Virus record (IMG/VR): IMGVR_UViG_3300032038_000021
Coordinates: 54,901-118,900 of that record
Length of the DNA stretch: 64,000 nt
Origin: a virus
Lineage: Duplodnaviria > Caudoviricetes
Strand: one strand, 5' to 3'
The notes under the pieces are model-generated. The model saw only the letters and a program-made list of their open reading frames with translations. It was not told the origin of the DNA and searched no databases. Position numbers and translations under genes: made by a program. This document shows positions 24,200-35,319 of this stretch, in pieces. Each line of letters begins with the position of its first letter. The stretch's first letter is position 1.

Positions 24200-25285
24200 T
24201 TATAACTCACTATAATTGTCTAAATAATCTAAAAATTCCATTAATCCCATAGAAGGAATAGTTGGTCCTGTTGCTATAAAAGCTGATTTACTAACCTGAT
24301 AATATTCCCTAGCATTATTAGCAGCCAGTATATCATAAATGTCTTGATTAGTAAATCCAAATCTTTGTTTAATATTTATCAGTAAATCTTTAGCATATTC
24401 TAGATTTTTTCTAATATAATTCTTAGGATCTTTAAACATAAACGACTGTATATAGAAATAACAATAACAAAGAATATCTACTGTAGACTCTATACAATAT
24501 TCTTTACTAATATTATTCCTATCATAGAAATCAAAATATACATCCGCAGTAGAATGTATATAATCTTTAAATAGATGCTCTAAGAAGGTTCTATTACCAG
24601 CTTCTGTAGTATATTTATGACGGGTAATAGATGTAGGAACAGCATACCAAACGTAAGTATAAATATCTACCCCCATTGGATCTCTTCCTAAACAATTCAT
24701 AATAGAATTAGCTTGAGAGCATATATAAATATCTTCATGAGATCTTATATCTTTCTCATAATGCATATCAAACTGATCCCACATATTTATTTTATTATAG
24801 AATTTACCGTGAGTCCATCCAGTACATCCTTCAAATTTATTTATAATATTTCTTGTAGATTTCTCCATCTCTACAAAATTAGTAATAACGTAAAACTGTT
24901 CGTTATTATCTACAATAGCTTTCTTTACATCATTAAAAGTATCATAAACAAATTGATCGTCATGATCAGCAAACGTCATCCATACACCTTCAGCATATTC
25001 TGATCCTCTTTGTCTTGTATTTCCGGGACCAAAATTATAATCTGTTTGTACTCTCTTTATACAGATCTTATCTAAATATGGTTCCAATACATCGTCATAC
25101 GGTTCTGTAGAATGATCGTCTGATAATATCACTTCAATATCATCTCTCATATTTTGTCCAACAATAGAATCCAATAAAGTTGGTAGAAATTTTCCACTAT
25201 TATAACACGGTACTATTATACTGAAGAAAGGTTTATGTGGTAGTGTTATAGAAGGAGTACCATCGAATTTGTTTTCAGTATTCAT
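24200..25285 (-). CDS. Glycosyltransferase family 2 (GT-A fold)
   Basis: FSIIVPCYN, EVILSDDHST, GPGNTRQ.G, FADHDD (DxD) and HED motifs. Confidence 0.9.
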   Translation of the reverse strand: MNTENKFDGTPSITLPHKPFFSIIVPCYNSGKFLPTLLDSIVGQNMRDDIEVILSDDHSTEPYDDVLEPYLDKICIKRVQTDYNFGPGNTRQRGSEYAEGVWMTFADHDDQFVYDTFNDVKKAIVDNNEQFYVITNFVEMEKSTRNIINKFEGCTGWTHGKFYNKINMWDQFDMHYEKDIRSHEDIYICSQANSIMNCLGRDPMGVDIYTYVWYAVPTSITRHKYTTEAGNRTFLEHLFKDYIHSTADVYFDFYDRNNISKEYCIESTVDILCYCYFYIQSFMFKDPKNYIRKNLEYAKDLLINIKQRFGFTNQDIYDILAANNAREYYQVSKSAFIATGPTIPSMGLMEFLDYLDNYSEL

Positions 25286-25338
25286 AAAAACCTCCTGATA
25301 TATAATATAATTATCCTATTGTGTAAAAGCTATAAAAA

Positions 25339-25365
25339 TACCAGAGGTATTTTATACCTCTGGTA
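25339..25365. terminator. Intrinsic terminator
   Basis: TACCAGAGGTA-tttta-TACCTCTGGTA. Confidence 0.8.
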
Positions 25366-25387
25366 TAATAGTAAAAATTACATTATA

Positions 25388-28300
25388 TCAACCTTCATCT
25401 CCGAAATCTATTAATACATTTGTACCAAGAGAATTTGAACTGGTACTATTATTAAGAACTTTAGCAGATGCAGCTGTACCACTTGTGCTAAGCTTACTGT
25501 CTAACTGACTCTTAATGGCTTTCTGTGTCATAGTACCATCTGTAGCAGTTCCAGTAGTAGTATAAAGCTTAGTTAAACCAGCAGTTGCTGTTGTACCAGT
25601 ACCATACGTAGTATTGGTATCCTGAGTAGTGATACTGAACGTAGATCCGTCACCCTTTGTAAAAGTGATAACCTTACCAGATACAGAAGCATTCTTGATA
25701 TAAGTTGTATTAATAGTATTACCACCACTATCCTTAGTTGCAGCCGCTGCTGTTGCGGTGCTGTTTAATTTACCATTAATAAGAGTAGATAATTCTTTCT
25801 GTCTAATAGTACCATCTGTAGCAGTTCCGGTAGTAGCATACAATTTAGTCAATCCAGTTGCTGCTGTTGTACCAGTAGCATAAGTGGTATTATTATCAGT
25901 ATCCTGAGTGGTAATAGTAAATGTACTTCCGTCACCCTTAGTGAAAGTAACCACTTTTCCAGATACACTAGCATTCTTAATATAAGTGGTATTAATGGTA
26001 TTTCCACCACTATCTTTTGTAGCTGCAGCAGCCGTACCACCAGTGCCAAGCTTACCATCTAATGCAGATTTGATAGCACTCTGCGTCATTGTACCGTCTG
26101 TATTAGATCCAGTACCAGTATATAATTTAGTTAATCCAGCACTAGTAGAAGTACCTGTAGAATATGTGGTATTGGTATCAGTATCTTGGGTGGTGATACT
26201 AAACGTGGAACCGTCACCCTTGGTGAAAGTAACCACCTTACCAGATACAGTCGCGTTCTTGATATATGTAGTAGTAATCTGCTGATTAGCACTATCCTTG
26301 GTAGCTTTGGTAGCAGCTGCTGCAGTAGCACTACTATTAAGCTTACCGTCTAATGCAGATTTAATAGCACTCTGTGTCATGGTACCATCTGTATTTGTAC
26401 CAGTAGCAGTATAAAGCTTGGTCAATCCAGCAGTTGCTGTTGTACCTGTAGAATATGTGGTATTAGTATTAGTATCTTGAGTTGTGATACTAAACGTAGA
26501 TCCATCTCCCTTGGTAAACGTGACAACCTTACCAGATACAGTCGCATTCTTAATATAGGTTGTAGTGATCTGCTGATCAGCACTATCCTTGGTAGCTGAA
26601 GCAACAGCACCATTAGTAATAGCACTCGTAATAGCACTCTGCGTCATTGTACCGTCTGTAGCAGTTCCAGTAGCATCATATAATTTAGTCAATCCAGCTG
26701 CTGCTGTTGTACCAGTACCATACGTGGTATTGCTATCTTGAGTAGTAATACTAAATGTAGAACCGTTACCCTTAGTAAACGTAACAGTTCTACCAGATGC
26801 AGAAGCAGTCTTAATATAAGTGGTATTGATAGTATTGCCACCACTATCCTTTGTGGCTGCAGTCGCAGTAGCACTACTATTTAATTTACCGTCTAATGCA
26901 GATTTGATAGCATTCTGTGTCATCGTACCATCTGTAGCAGTTCCAGTAGTGGTATATAATTTGGTCAAACCAGTAGCTGCAGTTGTACCTGTACCATAAG
27001 TGGTATTATTATCTTGAGTAGTGATACTGAACGTAGATCCATCAGCCTTGGTAAATGTAACAGTTCTACCAGATACAGAAGCATTTGTAATATTAGCATT
27101 TAAGATATCTGACAATTCCTTCTGTCTAATGGTACCATCGGTATTAGAACCGGTAGCAGCATATAATTTGGTTAATCCAGTTGCTGCCGTTGTACCAGTA
27201 CCATACGTAGTATTGGTATCCTGAGTAGTGATACTGAACGTAGATCCATCACCCTTAGTAAAGGTAACAGTTTTTCCACTAGCACTAGCATTCTTAATAT
27301 AAGTAGTATTAATCTGCTGATTAGCACTATCATTAGTAGCCTTAGTAGCAGCTGCAGCAGTACCGCCAGTACCAAGCTTACCGTCTAATGCAGATTTAAT
27401 AGCTTTTTGTGTCATGGTACCATCTGTATTTGTACCGGTGCCAGTATATAATTTAGTTAATCCAGCACTAGTAGAAGTACCTGTAGCATATGTGGTATTA
27501 TTATCTGTATCTTGAGTGGTGATAGTAAACGTAGAACCGTCACCTTTCGTAAAGGTAACTACCTTACCAGATACAGAAGCATTTACAATATTGGCATTTA
27601 ATATGTCGGTTAATTCCTTCTGTCTAATAGTACCGTCAGTATTAGCTCCAGTAGCAGCATACAGTTTGGTCAAACCTGTAGCTGCTGTTGTACCTGTAGC
27701 ATAAGTAGTATTATGGTCTGTATCCTGAGTAGTGATACTAAATGTAGATCCGTCACCTTTAGTAAACGTAACCACTTTACCAGCTACTGTAGCATTCTTG
27801 ATATACGTGGTATTGATTGTATTACCACCACTATCCTTTGTGGCTGCTGCTGCGGTACCACCAGTGCCAAGCTTACCATCTAATGCAGATTTGATAGCAT
27901 TTTGTGTCATTGTACCATCGGTATTAGTTCCGGTAGTAGTATATAATTTAGTCAATCCAGCAGCTGCCGTTGTACCAGTGCCGTAAGTAGTATTATTATC
28001 CTGAGTGGTGATACTAAACGTAGACCCATCAGCCTTAGTAAATGTAACAGTTCTACCAGATGCAGAAGCATTTGTAATATTAGCGTTTAAGATATCCGTC
28101 AGTTCCTTCTGTCTAATAGTACCGTCAGTATTAGCTCCAGTAGCAGCATACAGTTTGGTCAAACCTGTAGCTGCTGTTGTACCTGTAGCATAAGTAGTAT
28201 TATGGTCTGTATCCTGAGTAGTGATACTAAATGTAGATCCGTCACCCTTGGTGAAAGTAACCACCTTACCAGCTACTGTAGCATTCTTGATATACGTGGT

Positions 28301-31300
28301 GTTAATCTGCTGATTAGCACTATCATTAGTTGCTTTGGTAGCTGCAGCAGCAGTAGCACTACTATTAAGCTTACCGTCTAATGCAGATTTAATAGCACTC
28401 TGTGTCATGGTACCATCTGTAGCAGTTCCAGTGGAAGTATATAACTTGGTTAAACCAGCAGATGTTGATGTACCTGTAGCATATGTAGTATTATTATCGG
28501 TATCTTGAGTGGTAATGGTAAATGTAGACCCATCGCCCTTAGTAAAGGTAACCACCTTGCCAGATACAGACGCAGCTTTAATATAAGTAGTATTAATTAC
28601 ATTACCACCACCATCTTTTGTAGCTGCAGTTGCAGTAGCATCAGCATTCAATTTGCCGTCTAATGCAGACTTAATAGCAGATTGTGTCATCGTACCATCT
28701 GTATTGGCTCCAGTACCAGCATAAAGCTTAGTCAGTCCAGAAGATGTAGAAGTACCAGTTCCATAAGTGGTATTGCTATCCTGAGTAGTAATGCTAAACG
28801 TGGCTCCGTCACCCTTAGTAAAGGTAACAGTTCTTCCACTAGCACTAGCATTCTTGATATAAGTGGTATTAATCTGCTGATTAGCACTATCGTTGGTAGC
28901 CTTAGTTGCAGCTGCTGCAGTAGCACCACTATCAAGCTTACCGTCTAATGCAGATTTGATAGCAGCTTGTGTCATAGTACCGTCTGTAGCTGTTCCGGTA
29001 TTAGTATATAACTTGGTTAATCCAGCAGTTCCTGATGTACCAGTAGCATACGTGGTATTATTATCAGTATCTTGAGTTGTAATACTGAAAGTGGCTCCGT
29101 CACCTTTCGTAAACGTAACCACCTTACCAGATACGGTAGCATTCTTAATATAAGTGGTATTAATGGTATTTCCACCACTATCTTTAGCAGCTGCAGTAGC
29201 CGTTCCGCCAGTATTAAGCTTGCCGTCTAATGCAGACTTAATGGCGTTCTGCGTCATCGTACCGTCTGTAGCAGTTCCGGTACTAGTATAAAGCTTAGTC
29301 AATCCAGCAGAGGTAGAAGAACCAGTACCATAAGTGGTATTATTATCTTGAGTAGTGATACTAAACGTAGATCCGTCATTCTTAGTAAATGTAACAGTTC
29401 TACCAGATACAGAAGCGTTTACAATACCAGCATTCAAGATGTCGGTCAATTCCTTCTGTCTAATAGTACCGTCTGTATTAGCTCCAGTACCATCATACAG
29501 TTTAGTCAATCCTGTAGCTGCTGTTGTACCCGTACCATATGTGGTATTACTATCTTGAGTAGTAATACTAAACGTAGCTCCGTCACCCTTAGTAAAGGTA
29601 ACAGTTCTTCCATTAACACTAGCATTCTTAATATAAGTGCTATTGATAGTATTACCACCACTATCCTTAGTTGCAGAAGCGACAGCACCATTAGCGATAG
29701 CATTTGTAATAGCACTCTGTGTCATGGTACCATCGGTATTAGAACCAGTACCAGTATAAAGCTTAGTTAATCCAGAACTAGTAGAAGTACCAGTAGCATA
29801 TGTAGTGTTATTATCGGTATCCTGAGTCTCTATAGAGAAAGTAGACCCATCACCCTTAGTAAACGTTACTACTTTACCAGAAACTTCAGCATTCTTGATA
29901 TATGTAGTAGTAATCTGCTGATTAGCACTATCCTTGGTAGCTTTGGTAGCAGCTGCTGCAGTAGCACTACTATTAAGCTTACCGTCTAATGCAGATTTAA
30001 TAGCACTCTGTGTCATTGTGCCATCTGTGTTAGAACCAGTACCAGTATAAAGCTTAGTCAAACCAGCACTAGTAGAAGTACCTGTAGCGTAAGTAGTATT
30101 ATTATCTGTATCCTGAGTGGTGATAGTAAATGTACTTCCGTCACCCTTGGTAAACGTAACTACTTTACCAGAAACTTCAGCACTCTTTATATATGTAGAA
30201 TCAATAACCTGATCTTTATTATCTTTATTAGCAGCTGCTGCTGTAGCTGTACTATCAAGCTTACTATTAATAAGAGTAGATAATTCTTTCTGTCTAATAG
30301 TACCATCTGTATTAGTTCCAGTAGCAGCATACAGTTTTGTTAATCCGGTAGCTGCTGTTGTACCTGTAGCATACGTAGTATTGCTGTCTTGAGTACTAAT
30401 AGTAAACGTGCTATTATCACCCTTAGTAAATGTAACTGTTTTACCTGATACAGAAGCGTTCTTGATATAAGTGGTATTAATGGTATTACCACCACTATCC
30501 TTTGTAGCAGCTGCAGCAGTACCACTGGTGCTAAGCTTACCGTCTAATTGACTCTTAATGGCAGCTTGTGTCATTGTGCCATCTGTATTAGAACCAGTAC
30601 CGGTGTATAACTTGGTTAATCCAGCAACCGCTGTTGTACCAACTGCATAAGTAGTATTATTGTCTGTATCCTGAGTAGTGATACTAAATGTAGAGCCGTC
30701 ACCCTTGGTGAAAGTAACCACCTTACCAGCAACTGTAGCATTCTTGATATAAGTAGTATTAATCTGCTGATTAGCACTATCATTAGTAGCCTTAGTAGCA
30801 GCCACAGCAGTAGCATCAGCATTCAATTTACTATTAATAAGAGTAGATAATTCGCTTTGTCTAATAGTACCATCGGTATTTGTACCAGTTGTACTATAAA
30901 GCTTAGCCAATCCAGTTGCTGCTGTTGTACCAGTGCCATACGTGGTATTATTATCTTGAGTGGTGATACTGAACGTAGAACCGTCACCCTTGGTAAACGT
31001 AACTACTTTACCAGAAACTTCAGCATTCTTGATGTAAGTGGTATTAATGGTATTACCACCACTATCCTTTGTAGCAGAAGCAACAGCACCATTACTAATA
31101 GCACTTGTAATAGCACTTTGTGTCATGGTACCATCGGTATTAGAACCAGTACCAGTATAAAGCTTAGTCAAACCTGCAACTGCAGTTGTACCCGTAGCAT
31201 ATGTGGTATTACTATCCTGAGTACTAATAGAGAACGTACTACCATCTTTCTTAGTAAACGTAACAGTTCTACCAGATACAGAAGCGTTTACAATACCAGC

Positions 31301-32959
31301 ATTTAAGAGATCTGTCAATTCCTTCTGTCTAATAGTACCGTCTGTATTAGATCCAGTACTGGTGTATAACTTAGTTAATCCAGAACTAGTAGAAGTACCA
31401 GTAGCATAAGTAGTATTATTGTCAGTATCCTGAGTGGTAATACTGAAAGTACTACCATTTTTCTTAGTAAATGTAACTACTCGACCGCTTACTGTAGCAT
31501 TGACAATATTATTATCGGTAGCATTAGTTATAGCTGTATCTGTTTGAGTGCTAGTATAATATCCAGACAGATCTACGTCAGTAAATCCAATCTCTTCATA
31601 CATAGAATCACTCTCAATCCAGAGATATTCTACATACCTATTACTTCCACTAGATTCTTCAGGTACAAAATATATTGTATGAGAAGCACCGGTAGTTGGA
31701 AGATCACTAGCGCTAGTACAGACAACAACTTCAAAGCTATTAATATTACCAATCTTAGTATTAAGATCGTTATAAGCAGAACTTATAGCATCACTAATAG
31801 CCTTTCTTGTCATAGTACCATCGGTATTAGATCCAGTACTAGTATATAATTTGGTCAAACCAGCAACTGCTGTTGTACCGGTACCATAAGTAGTATTATT
31901 ATCCTGAGTAGTGATATTGAAAGTACTTCCGTCACCCTTAGTAAAGGTAACTACTTTTCCAGATACAGAAGCACTCTTAATATAGGTACTATCAATAACC
32001 TGATCTTTATTATCCTTATTAGCCGCTACTGCTGTAGCAGTACTATTAAGCTTAGTATCAAAAATATTCTTAAGAGCATTCTGGTTAATTGTACCGTCTG
32101 TATTAGATCCAACACTGTTATACAACTTGGTTAATCCAGCAGTAGTAGAAGTACCAGTAGCATATGTAGTGTTGTCATTGGTATCTTTAGTAGTTATTGT
32201 AAACGTAGATCCGTCACCTCTAGTAAAGGTAACCAAAGTTCCGTTTACACTTGCATTCTTTATATATGTAGAATCAATAACCTGATCTTTATTATCCTTA
32301 TTAGCCGCTACTGCAGTAGCGGTACTATTAAGCTTACCGTCTAACTGACTCTTAATAGCACCCTGTGTCATCGTACCATCGGTGTTAGAACCGGTAGTAG
32401 TGTATAATTTAGTCAATCCAGCAACTGCTGTTGTACCAGTACCGTAAGTAGTATTATTATCCTGGGTTTCTATAGAGAAAGTAGATCCGTCACCCTTAGT
32501 AAATGTAACCTTTTTTCCAGATACACTAGCATCCTTGATATAAGTGGTATTAATCTGCTGATTATCGCTGTCACTGATAGCAGAATCTACAGGAGTATTC
32601 TTATCAACCTTATTATCAAGAGCACTAGAAATAGCTTTCTGCGTCATGGTACCATCTGTATTTGTACCACTGGCACCATACAATTTAACTAATCCGAGAT
32701 TAGAATTTGTTGCCTGACTATAAGTTGTATCATGAACAGTAAGAGTCTTCTTATTACCACCACCATCGGTATAAGTAATAATATTATTATTTATAGAAAG
32801 ATTACTAATATACTCAGTAATATCCTTTCCGTTCTTATCCTTATAGGCAATAGTAGCCTTTTCACTATTTCCATCGAGATAGCCAACGAAAGTAGAACCG
32901 TAAGTCTTTCCTATAAATCTAGAAGAACCACTTACTATCAAATCTTTAAATTGTGCCAT
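25388..32959 (-). CDS. Very long tail fibre (~2520 aa) with ~27 tandem Thr/Gly-rich repeats, ending LIDFGDEG
   Basis: Probable start MAQFKDL at 32959 after AAGGAG; 27 GL.KLY modules counted by eye; no recognisable head domain at the C-terminus. Confidence 0.85.
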   Translation of the reverse strand: MAQFKDLIVSGSSRFIGKTYGSTFVGYLDGNSEKATIAYKDKNGKDITEYISNLSINNNIITYTDGGGNKKTLTVHDTTYSQATNSNLGLVKLYGASGTNTDGTMTQKAISSALDNKVDKNTPVDSAISDSDNQQINTTYIKDASVSGKKVTFTKGDGSTFSIETQDNNTTYGTGTTAVAGLTKLYTTTGSNTDGTMTQGAIKSQLDGKLNSTATAVAANKDNKDQVIDSTYIKNASVNGTLVTFTRGDGSTFTITTKDTNDNTTYATGTSTTAGLTKLYNSVGSNTDGTINQNALKNIFDTKLNSTATAVAANKDNKDQVIDSTYIKSASVSGKVVTFTKGDGSTFNITTQDNNTTYGTGTTAVAGLTKLYTSTGSNTDGTMTRKAISDAISSAYNDLNTKIGNINSFEVVVCTSASDLPTTGASHTIYFVPEESSGSNRYVEYLWIESDSMYEEIGFTDVDLSGYYTSTQTDTAITNATDNNIVNATVSGRVVTFTKKNGSTFSITTQDTDNNTTYATGTSTSSGLTKLYTSTGSNTDGTIRQKELTDLLNAGIVNASVSGRTVTFTKKDGSTFSISTQDSNTTYATGTTAVAGLTKLYTGTGSNTDGTMTQSAITSAISNGAVASATKDSGGNTINTTYIKNAEVSGKVVTFTKGDGSTFSITTQDNNTTYGTGTTAATGLAKLYSTTGTNTDGTIRQSELSTLINSKLNADATAVAATKATNDSANQQINTTYIKNATVAGKVVTFTKGDGSTFSITTQDTDNNTTYAVGTTAVAGLTKLYTGTGSNTDGTMTQAAIKSQLDGKLSTSGTAAAATKDSGGNTINTTYIKNASVSGKTVTFTKGDNSTFTISTQDSNTTYATGTTAATGLTKLYAATGTNTDGTIRQKELSTLINSKLDSTATAAAANKDNKDQVIDSTYIKSAEVSGKVVTFTKGDGSTFTITTQDTDNNTTYATGTSTSAGLTKLYTGTGSNTDGTMTQSAIKSALDGKLNSSATAAAATKATKDSANQQITTTYIKNAEVSGKVVTFTKGDGSTFSIETQDTDNNTTYATGTSTSSGLTKLYTGTGSNTDGTMTQSAITNAIANGAVASATKDSGGNTINSTYIKNASVNGRTVTFTKGDGATFSITTQDSNTTYGTGTTAATGLTKLYDGTGANTDGTIRQKELTDILNAGIVNASVSGRTVTFTKNDGSTFSITTQDNNTTYGTGSSTSAGLTKLYTSTGTATDGTMTQNAIKSALDGKLNTGGTATAAAKDSGGNTINTTYIKNATVSGKVVTFTKGDGATFSITTQDTDNNTTYATGTSGTAGLTKLYTNTGTATDGTMTQAAIKSALDGKLDSGATAAAATKATNDSANQQINTTYIKNASASGRTVTFTKGDGATFSITTQDSNTTYGTGTSTSSGLTKLYAGTGANTDGTMTQSAIKSALDGKLNADATATAATKDGGGNVINTTYIKAASVSGKVVTFTKGDGSTFTITTQDTDNNTTYATGTSTSAGLTKLYTSTGTATDGTMTQSAIKSALDGKLNSSATAAAATKATNDSANQQINTTYIKNATVAGKVVTFTKGDGSTFSITTQDTDHNTTYATGTTAATGLTKLYAATGANTDGTIRQKELTDILNANITNASASGRTVTFTKADGSTFSITTQDNNTTYGTGTTAAAGLTKLYTTTGTNTDGTMTQNAIKSALDGKLGTGGTAAAATKDSGGNTINTTYIKNATVAGKVVTFTKGDGSTFSITTQDTDHNTTYATGTTAATGLTKLYAATGANTDGTIRQKELTDILNANIVNASVSGKVVTFTKGDGSTFTITTQDTDNNTTYATGTSTSAGLTKLYTGTGTNTDGTMTQKAIKSALDGKLGTGGTAAAATKATNDSANQQINTTYIKNASASGKTVTFTKGDGSTFSITTQDTNTTYGTGTTAATGLTKLYAATGSNTDGTIRQKELSDILNANITNASVSGRTVTFTKADGSTFSITTQDNNTTYGTGTTAATGLTKLYTTTGTATDGTMTQNAIKSALDGKLNSSATATAATKDSGGNTINTTYIKTASASGRTVTFTKGNGSTFSITTQDSNTTYGTGTTAAAGLTKLYDATGTATDGTMTQSAITSAITNGAVASATKDSADQQITTTYIKNATVSGKVVTFTKGDGSTFSITTQDTNTNTTYSTGTTATAGLTKLYTATGTNTDGTMTQSAIKSALDGKLNSSATAAAATKATKDSANQQITTTYIKNATVSGKVVTFTKGDGSTFSITTQDTDTNTTYSTGTSTSAGLTKLYTGTGSNTDGTMTQSAIKSALDGKLGTGGTAAAATKDSGGNTINTTYIKNASVSGKVVTFTKGDGSTFTITTQDTDNNTTYATGTTAATGLTKLYATTGTATDGTIRQKELSTLINGKLNSTATAAAATKDSGGNTINTTYIKNASVSGKVITFTKGDGSTFSITTQDTNTTYGTGTTATAGLTKLYTTTGTATDGTMTQKAIKSQLDSKLSTSGTAASAKVLNNSTSSNSLGTNVLIDFGDEG

Positions 32960-33001
32960 AATGAAAAGCCTATCTCCTTTCCATCTGTTGTTTATACAAA
33001 A

Positions 33002-33028
33002 GGGTAGATGTATAAAATACATCTACCC
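33002..33028. terminator. Intrinsic terminator/attenuator hairpin
   Basis: GGGTAGATGTA-taaaa-TACATCTACCC. Confidence 0.75.
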
Positions 33029-33053
33029 AATATATTAAACTACAGATTTATTT

Positions 33054-33419
33054 TCACGAGATCATTTCCCAATTTGCTGCAGATTCCAAATCAGAAACCC
33101 TACCAGCAAGAATGACACCCTGATTGGCAGATAAAGCAGCAGTAGCATCAGCAGTAAGCAGATCGTCTGCTACAGCAACATGAGTATCCTGGGTCTCGAA
33201 TGAAAATGTAGAACCGTCACCCTTAGTAAAGGTAACAACCTTACCAGATACACTAGCATTCTTAATATATGTAGAAGTAATAGCCTGTCCGAGTGCATCC
33301 TGTGTAGCCTTGGTAGCAGTATCAGCATTACCGATAATATTACCAACAAAATTCTTAGCATAAACGTTATCAAGTACTCTGGTAGTTCCAAATACCAGTA
33401 ATTCCTTAAACTGAGCCAT
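33054..33419 (-). CDS. Short tail-fibre-related protein (paralogous MAQFK N-terminus, one partial repeat)
   Basis: AAGGAG RBS before ATG at 33419; shares YIKNASVSGKVVTFTKGDGSTF with the long fibres; ALSANQG motif. Confidence 0.75.
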   Translation of the reverse strand: MAQFKELLVFGTTRVLDNVYAKNFVGNIIGNADTATKATQDALGQAITSTYIKNASVSGKVVTFTKGDGSTFSFETQDTHVAVADDLLTADATAALSANQGVILAGRVSDLESAANWEMIS

Positions 33420-33460
33420 GAATTCTGGTCTCCTTTCATTAATTTTTAATTCTATAAAAA

Positions 33461-35293
33461 TTATACTTCGTACATGTCTACAGCACAAATCTTGTCACTG
33501 GAGACACTAAATCTAGATACGTCGTTTGTAGAAACCGATTCATTATTTATAGGTGTACTGAATACTGTAAATTCAGAACCCTTAATTACGCCGTTCTTTG
33601 ATATAGACAGCTTTTCACCATTTCCAACAATCTCATTACTATAAAGCTTACCAGTATCATCTACAGCAAATCTATTATGAACCAGAGAATCAATCTGATC
33701 AGCAGTCATTGATATAGCGTAGATTCTGAAATCAGACAGTAAGCCATTATAGTTATAATTGTTAGAATTATCCCAACCGTTGATATAGAGCTTAGATCTA
33801 CCAAGAGCAAAATACTTACTCGTAGATCCAATCAGAACACCGTCAATATATAAAGTATTTACACTACCATCTCCGGTAATAGCAAAGTGATGCCATTCAC
33901 CAGTATAACTAGATACGGAAACACCTTCACCAAACGGAACCTGAGATCCAGCATCTGTATCATAGATACCGAATACTCCACCAATAGTAGAGAAATTGAA
34001 TCTAGGATTCGTATTAAATCCGAAAAGTATACCGTTCGTAAACGATGTAGTCTTAGCCCATACAGATATTGTATAATTGGTGAGATTATCAATATCTAAT
34101 ATAGGAGATTCAATATAAGAGTTATTAGAGAAATCATAAGATCCAGTATATATTCTAGAATCTTCCGTCCAAATCGGAGCAGGAGAACTCATTGTTCCGT
34201 CCAATCTATTACCAGAAACATCCTGTTCGCTCTTACCGATCTCATAATACTCATATTCAGGAGATCCTACCGGAGGAATCCAAGCAGTTGCTGTAGTTCC
34301 CTTTTCTAACTTAACAGCATAGAAATCAGCTTCTACATTAGTAACACCATCACTATAAATAATACCACCAAGATAATAAGTCCCAGCAGTATCAATCGTA
34401 ACAGTACCAAATCCACCAGTCATATTAACAAATATCCTGGAAGCTACAGTATCATTACTATCTAAAGTATATAACTCTAATGCTACAGGATATGCACTAG
34501 GATCACTATTAACAACACTAGCACCAGAACTACTATTACTAGCAACCCAAGTACCAGAAGTCTCAGCAGATAATGTATAAGTATCTGCTTCTAATACAGC
34601 ATACATAGAATTATTCTCTACACGATTGACCTTATCTACTCCACTCACATGAAGTACAGCAGCAGATCCAACCATGAGATTAACGTTTCCTAAACCATTA
34701 TGGTTAAAGGTATAATTCAACGCTAATCCAAGAGACATATTCTGCAACTCTCTTGTCGATATAATATAATTATATAACTTTACGTCCTGGATATATCCAT
34801 CCCATCCGTTAGTTCCATTCGATCTTTGTCCAATATAAATATCTGATGCAGCAAAAGTAGAAAGTTGAGCGACTTCAGTAACGAGTTCTCCATTAACGTA
34901 AGCCTTTACAAAACGTCCATCGGCGGTGATAGCTACGTGGCTCCATTCACCGTCATTAATAGCAAAAATGGTGGTATTATCAGCAACAATACTACCACCA
35001 TTCATCTTATACGTTCTTGTATCGGAACCCAGATCAATCCTATCTCCATTTGTACCAAGCTCAATAAGAGTTGTAGACATTGCCGGAGAGTCGGGCTTAA
35101 CCCACATGGTTAATGTAAACACAGACGGAAACGAAGCGATATGAACATCTACCGCTCCGTCTCCAGATTTAAAGCACTTACTTCCGAATAATCCAGAAGC
35201 GTACATAATCGATCCAATCGACTGTACTTGTGCGTCGCTCAAGCCGTAGTTATCAGTATTGCCGCTCAGAGGTAACCAAACCTTTAGAGCCAT
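33461..35293 (-). CDS. Tail protein with two LamG/concanavalin-A-like domains
   Basis: WLPL.GN, FTLTMWVKP, WSHVAIT.DG..VKAYVNG, GYIQDVKLYN; second copy WHHFAIT.DG...LYIDG...GLLSDFRIY. Confidence 0.85.
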   Translation of the reverse strand: MALKVWLPLSGNTDNYGLSDAQVQSIGSIMYASGLFGSKCFKSGDGAVDVHIASFPSVFTLTMWVKPDSPAMSTTLIELGTNGDRIDLGSDTRTYKMNGGSIVADNTTIFAINDGEWSHVAITADGRFVKAYVNGELVTEVAQLSTFAASDIYIGQRSNGTNGWDGYIQDVKLYNYIISTRELQNMSLGLALNYTFNHNGLGNVNLMVGSAAVLHVSGVDKVNRVENNSMYAVLEADTYTLSAETSGTWVASNSSSGASVVNSDPSAYPVALELYTLDSNDTVASRIFVNMTGGFGTVTIDTAGTYYLGGIIYSDGVTNVEADFYAVKLEKGTTATAWIPPVGSPEYEYYEIGKSEQDVSGNRLDGTMSSPAPIWTEDSRIYTGSYDFSNNSYIESPILDIDNLTNYTISVWAKTTSFTNGILFGFNTNPRFNFSTIGGVFGIYDTDAGSQVPFGEGVSVSSYTGEWHHFAITGDGSVNTLYIDGVLIGSTSKYFALGRSKLYINGWDNSNNYNYNGLLSDFRIYAISMTADQIDSLVHNRFAVDDTGKLYSNEIVGNGEKLSISKNGVIKGSEFTVFSTPINNESVSTNDVSRFSVSSDKICAVDMYEV

Positions 35294-35319
35294 ATTTAAG
35301 CAACCTCCTATTTCTATGA

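Noticed and set aside
19931-32959. Regularly spaced DNA repeats as a CRISPR array
   Set aside because: They are degenerate in-frame coding repeats of ~200-290 bp with no unique spacers.
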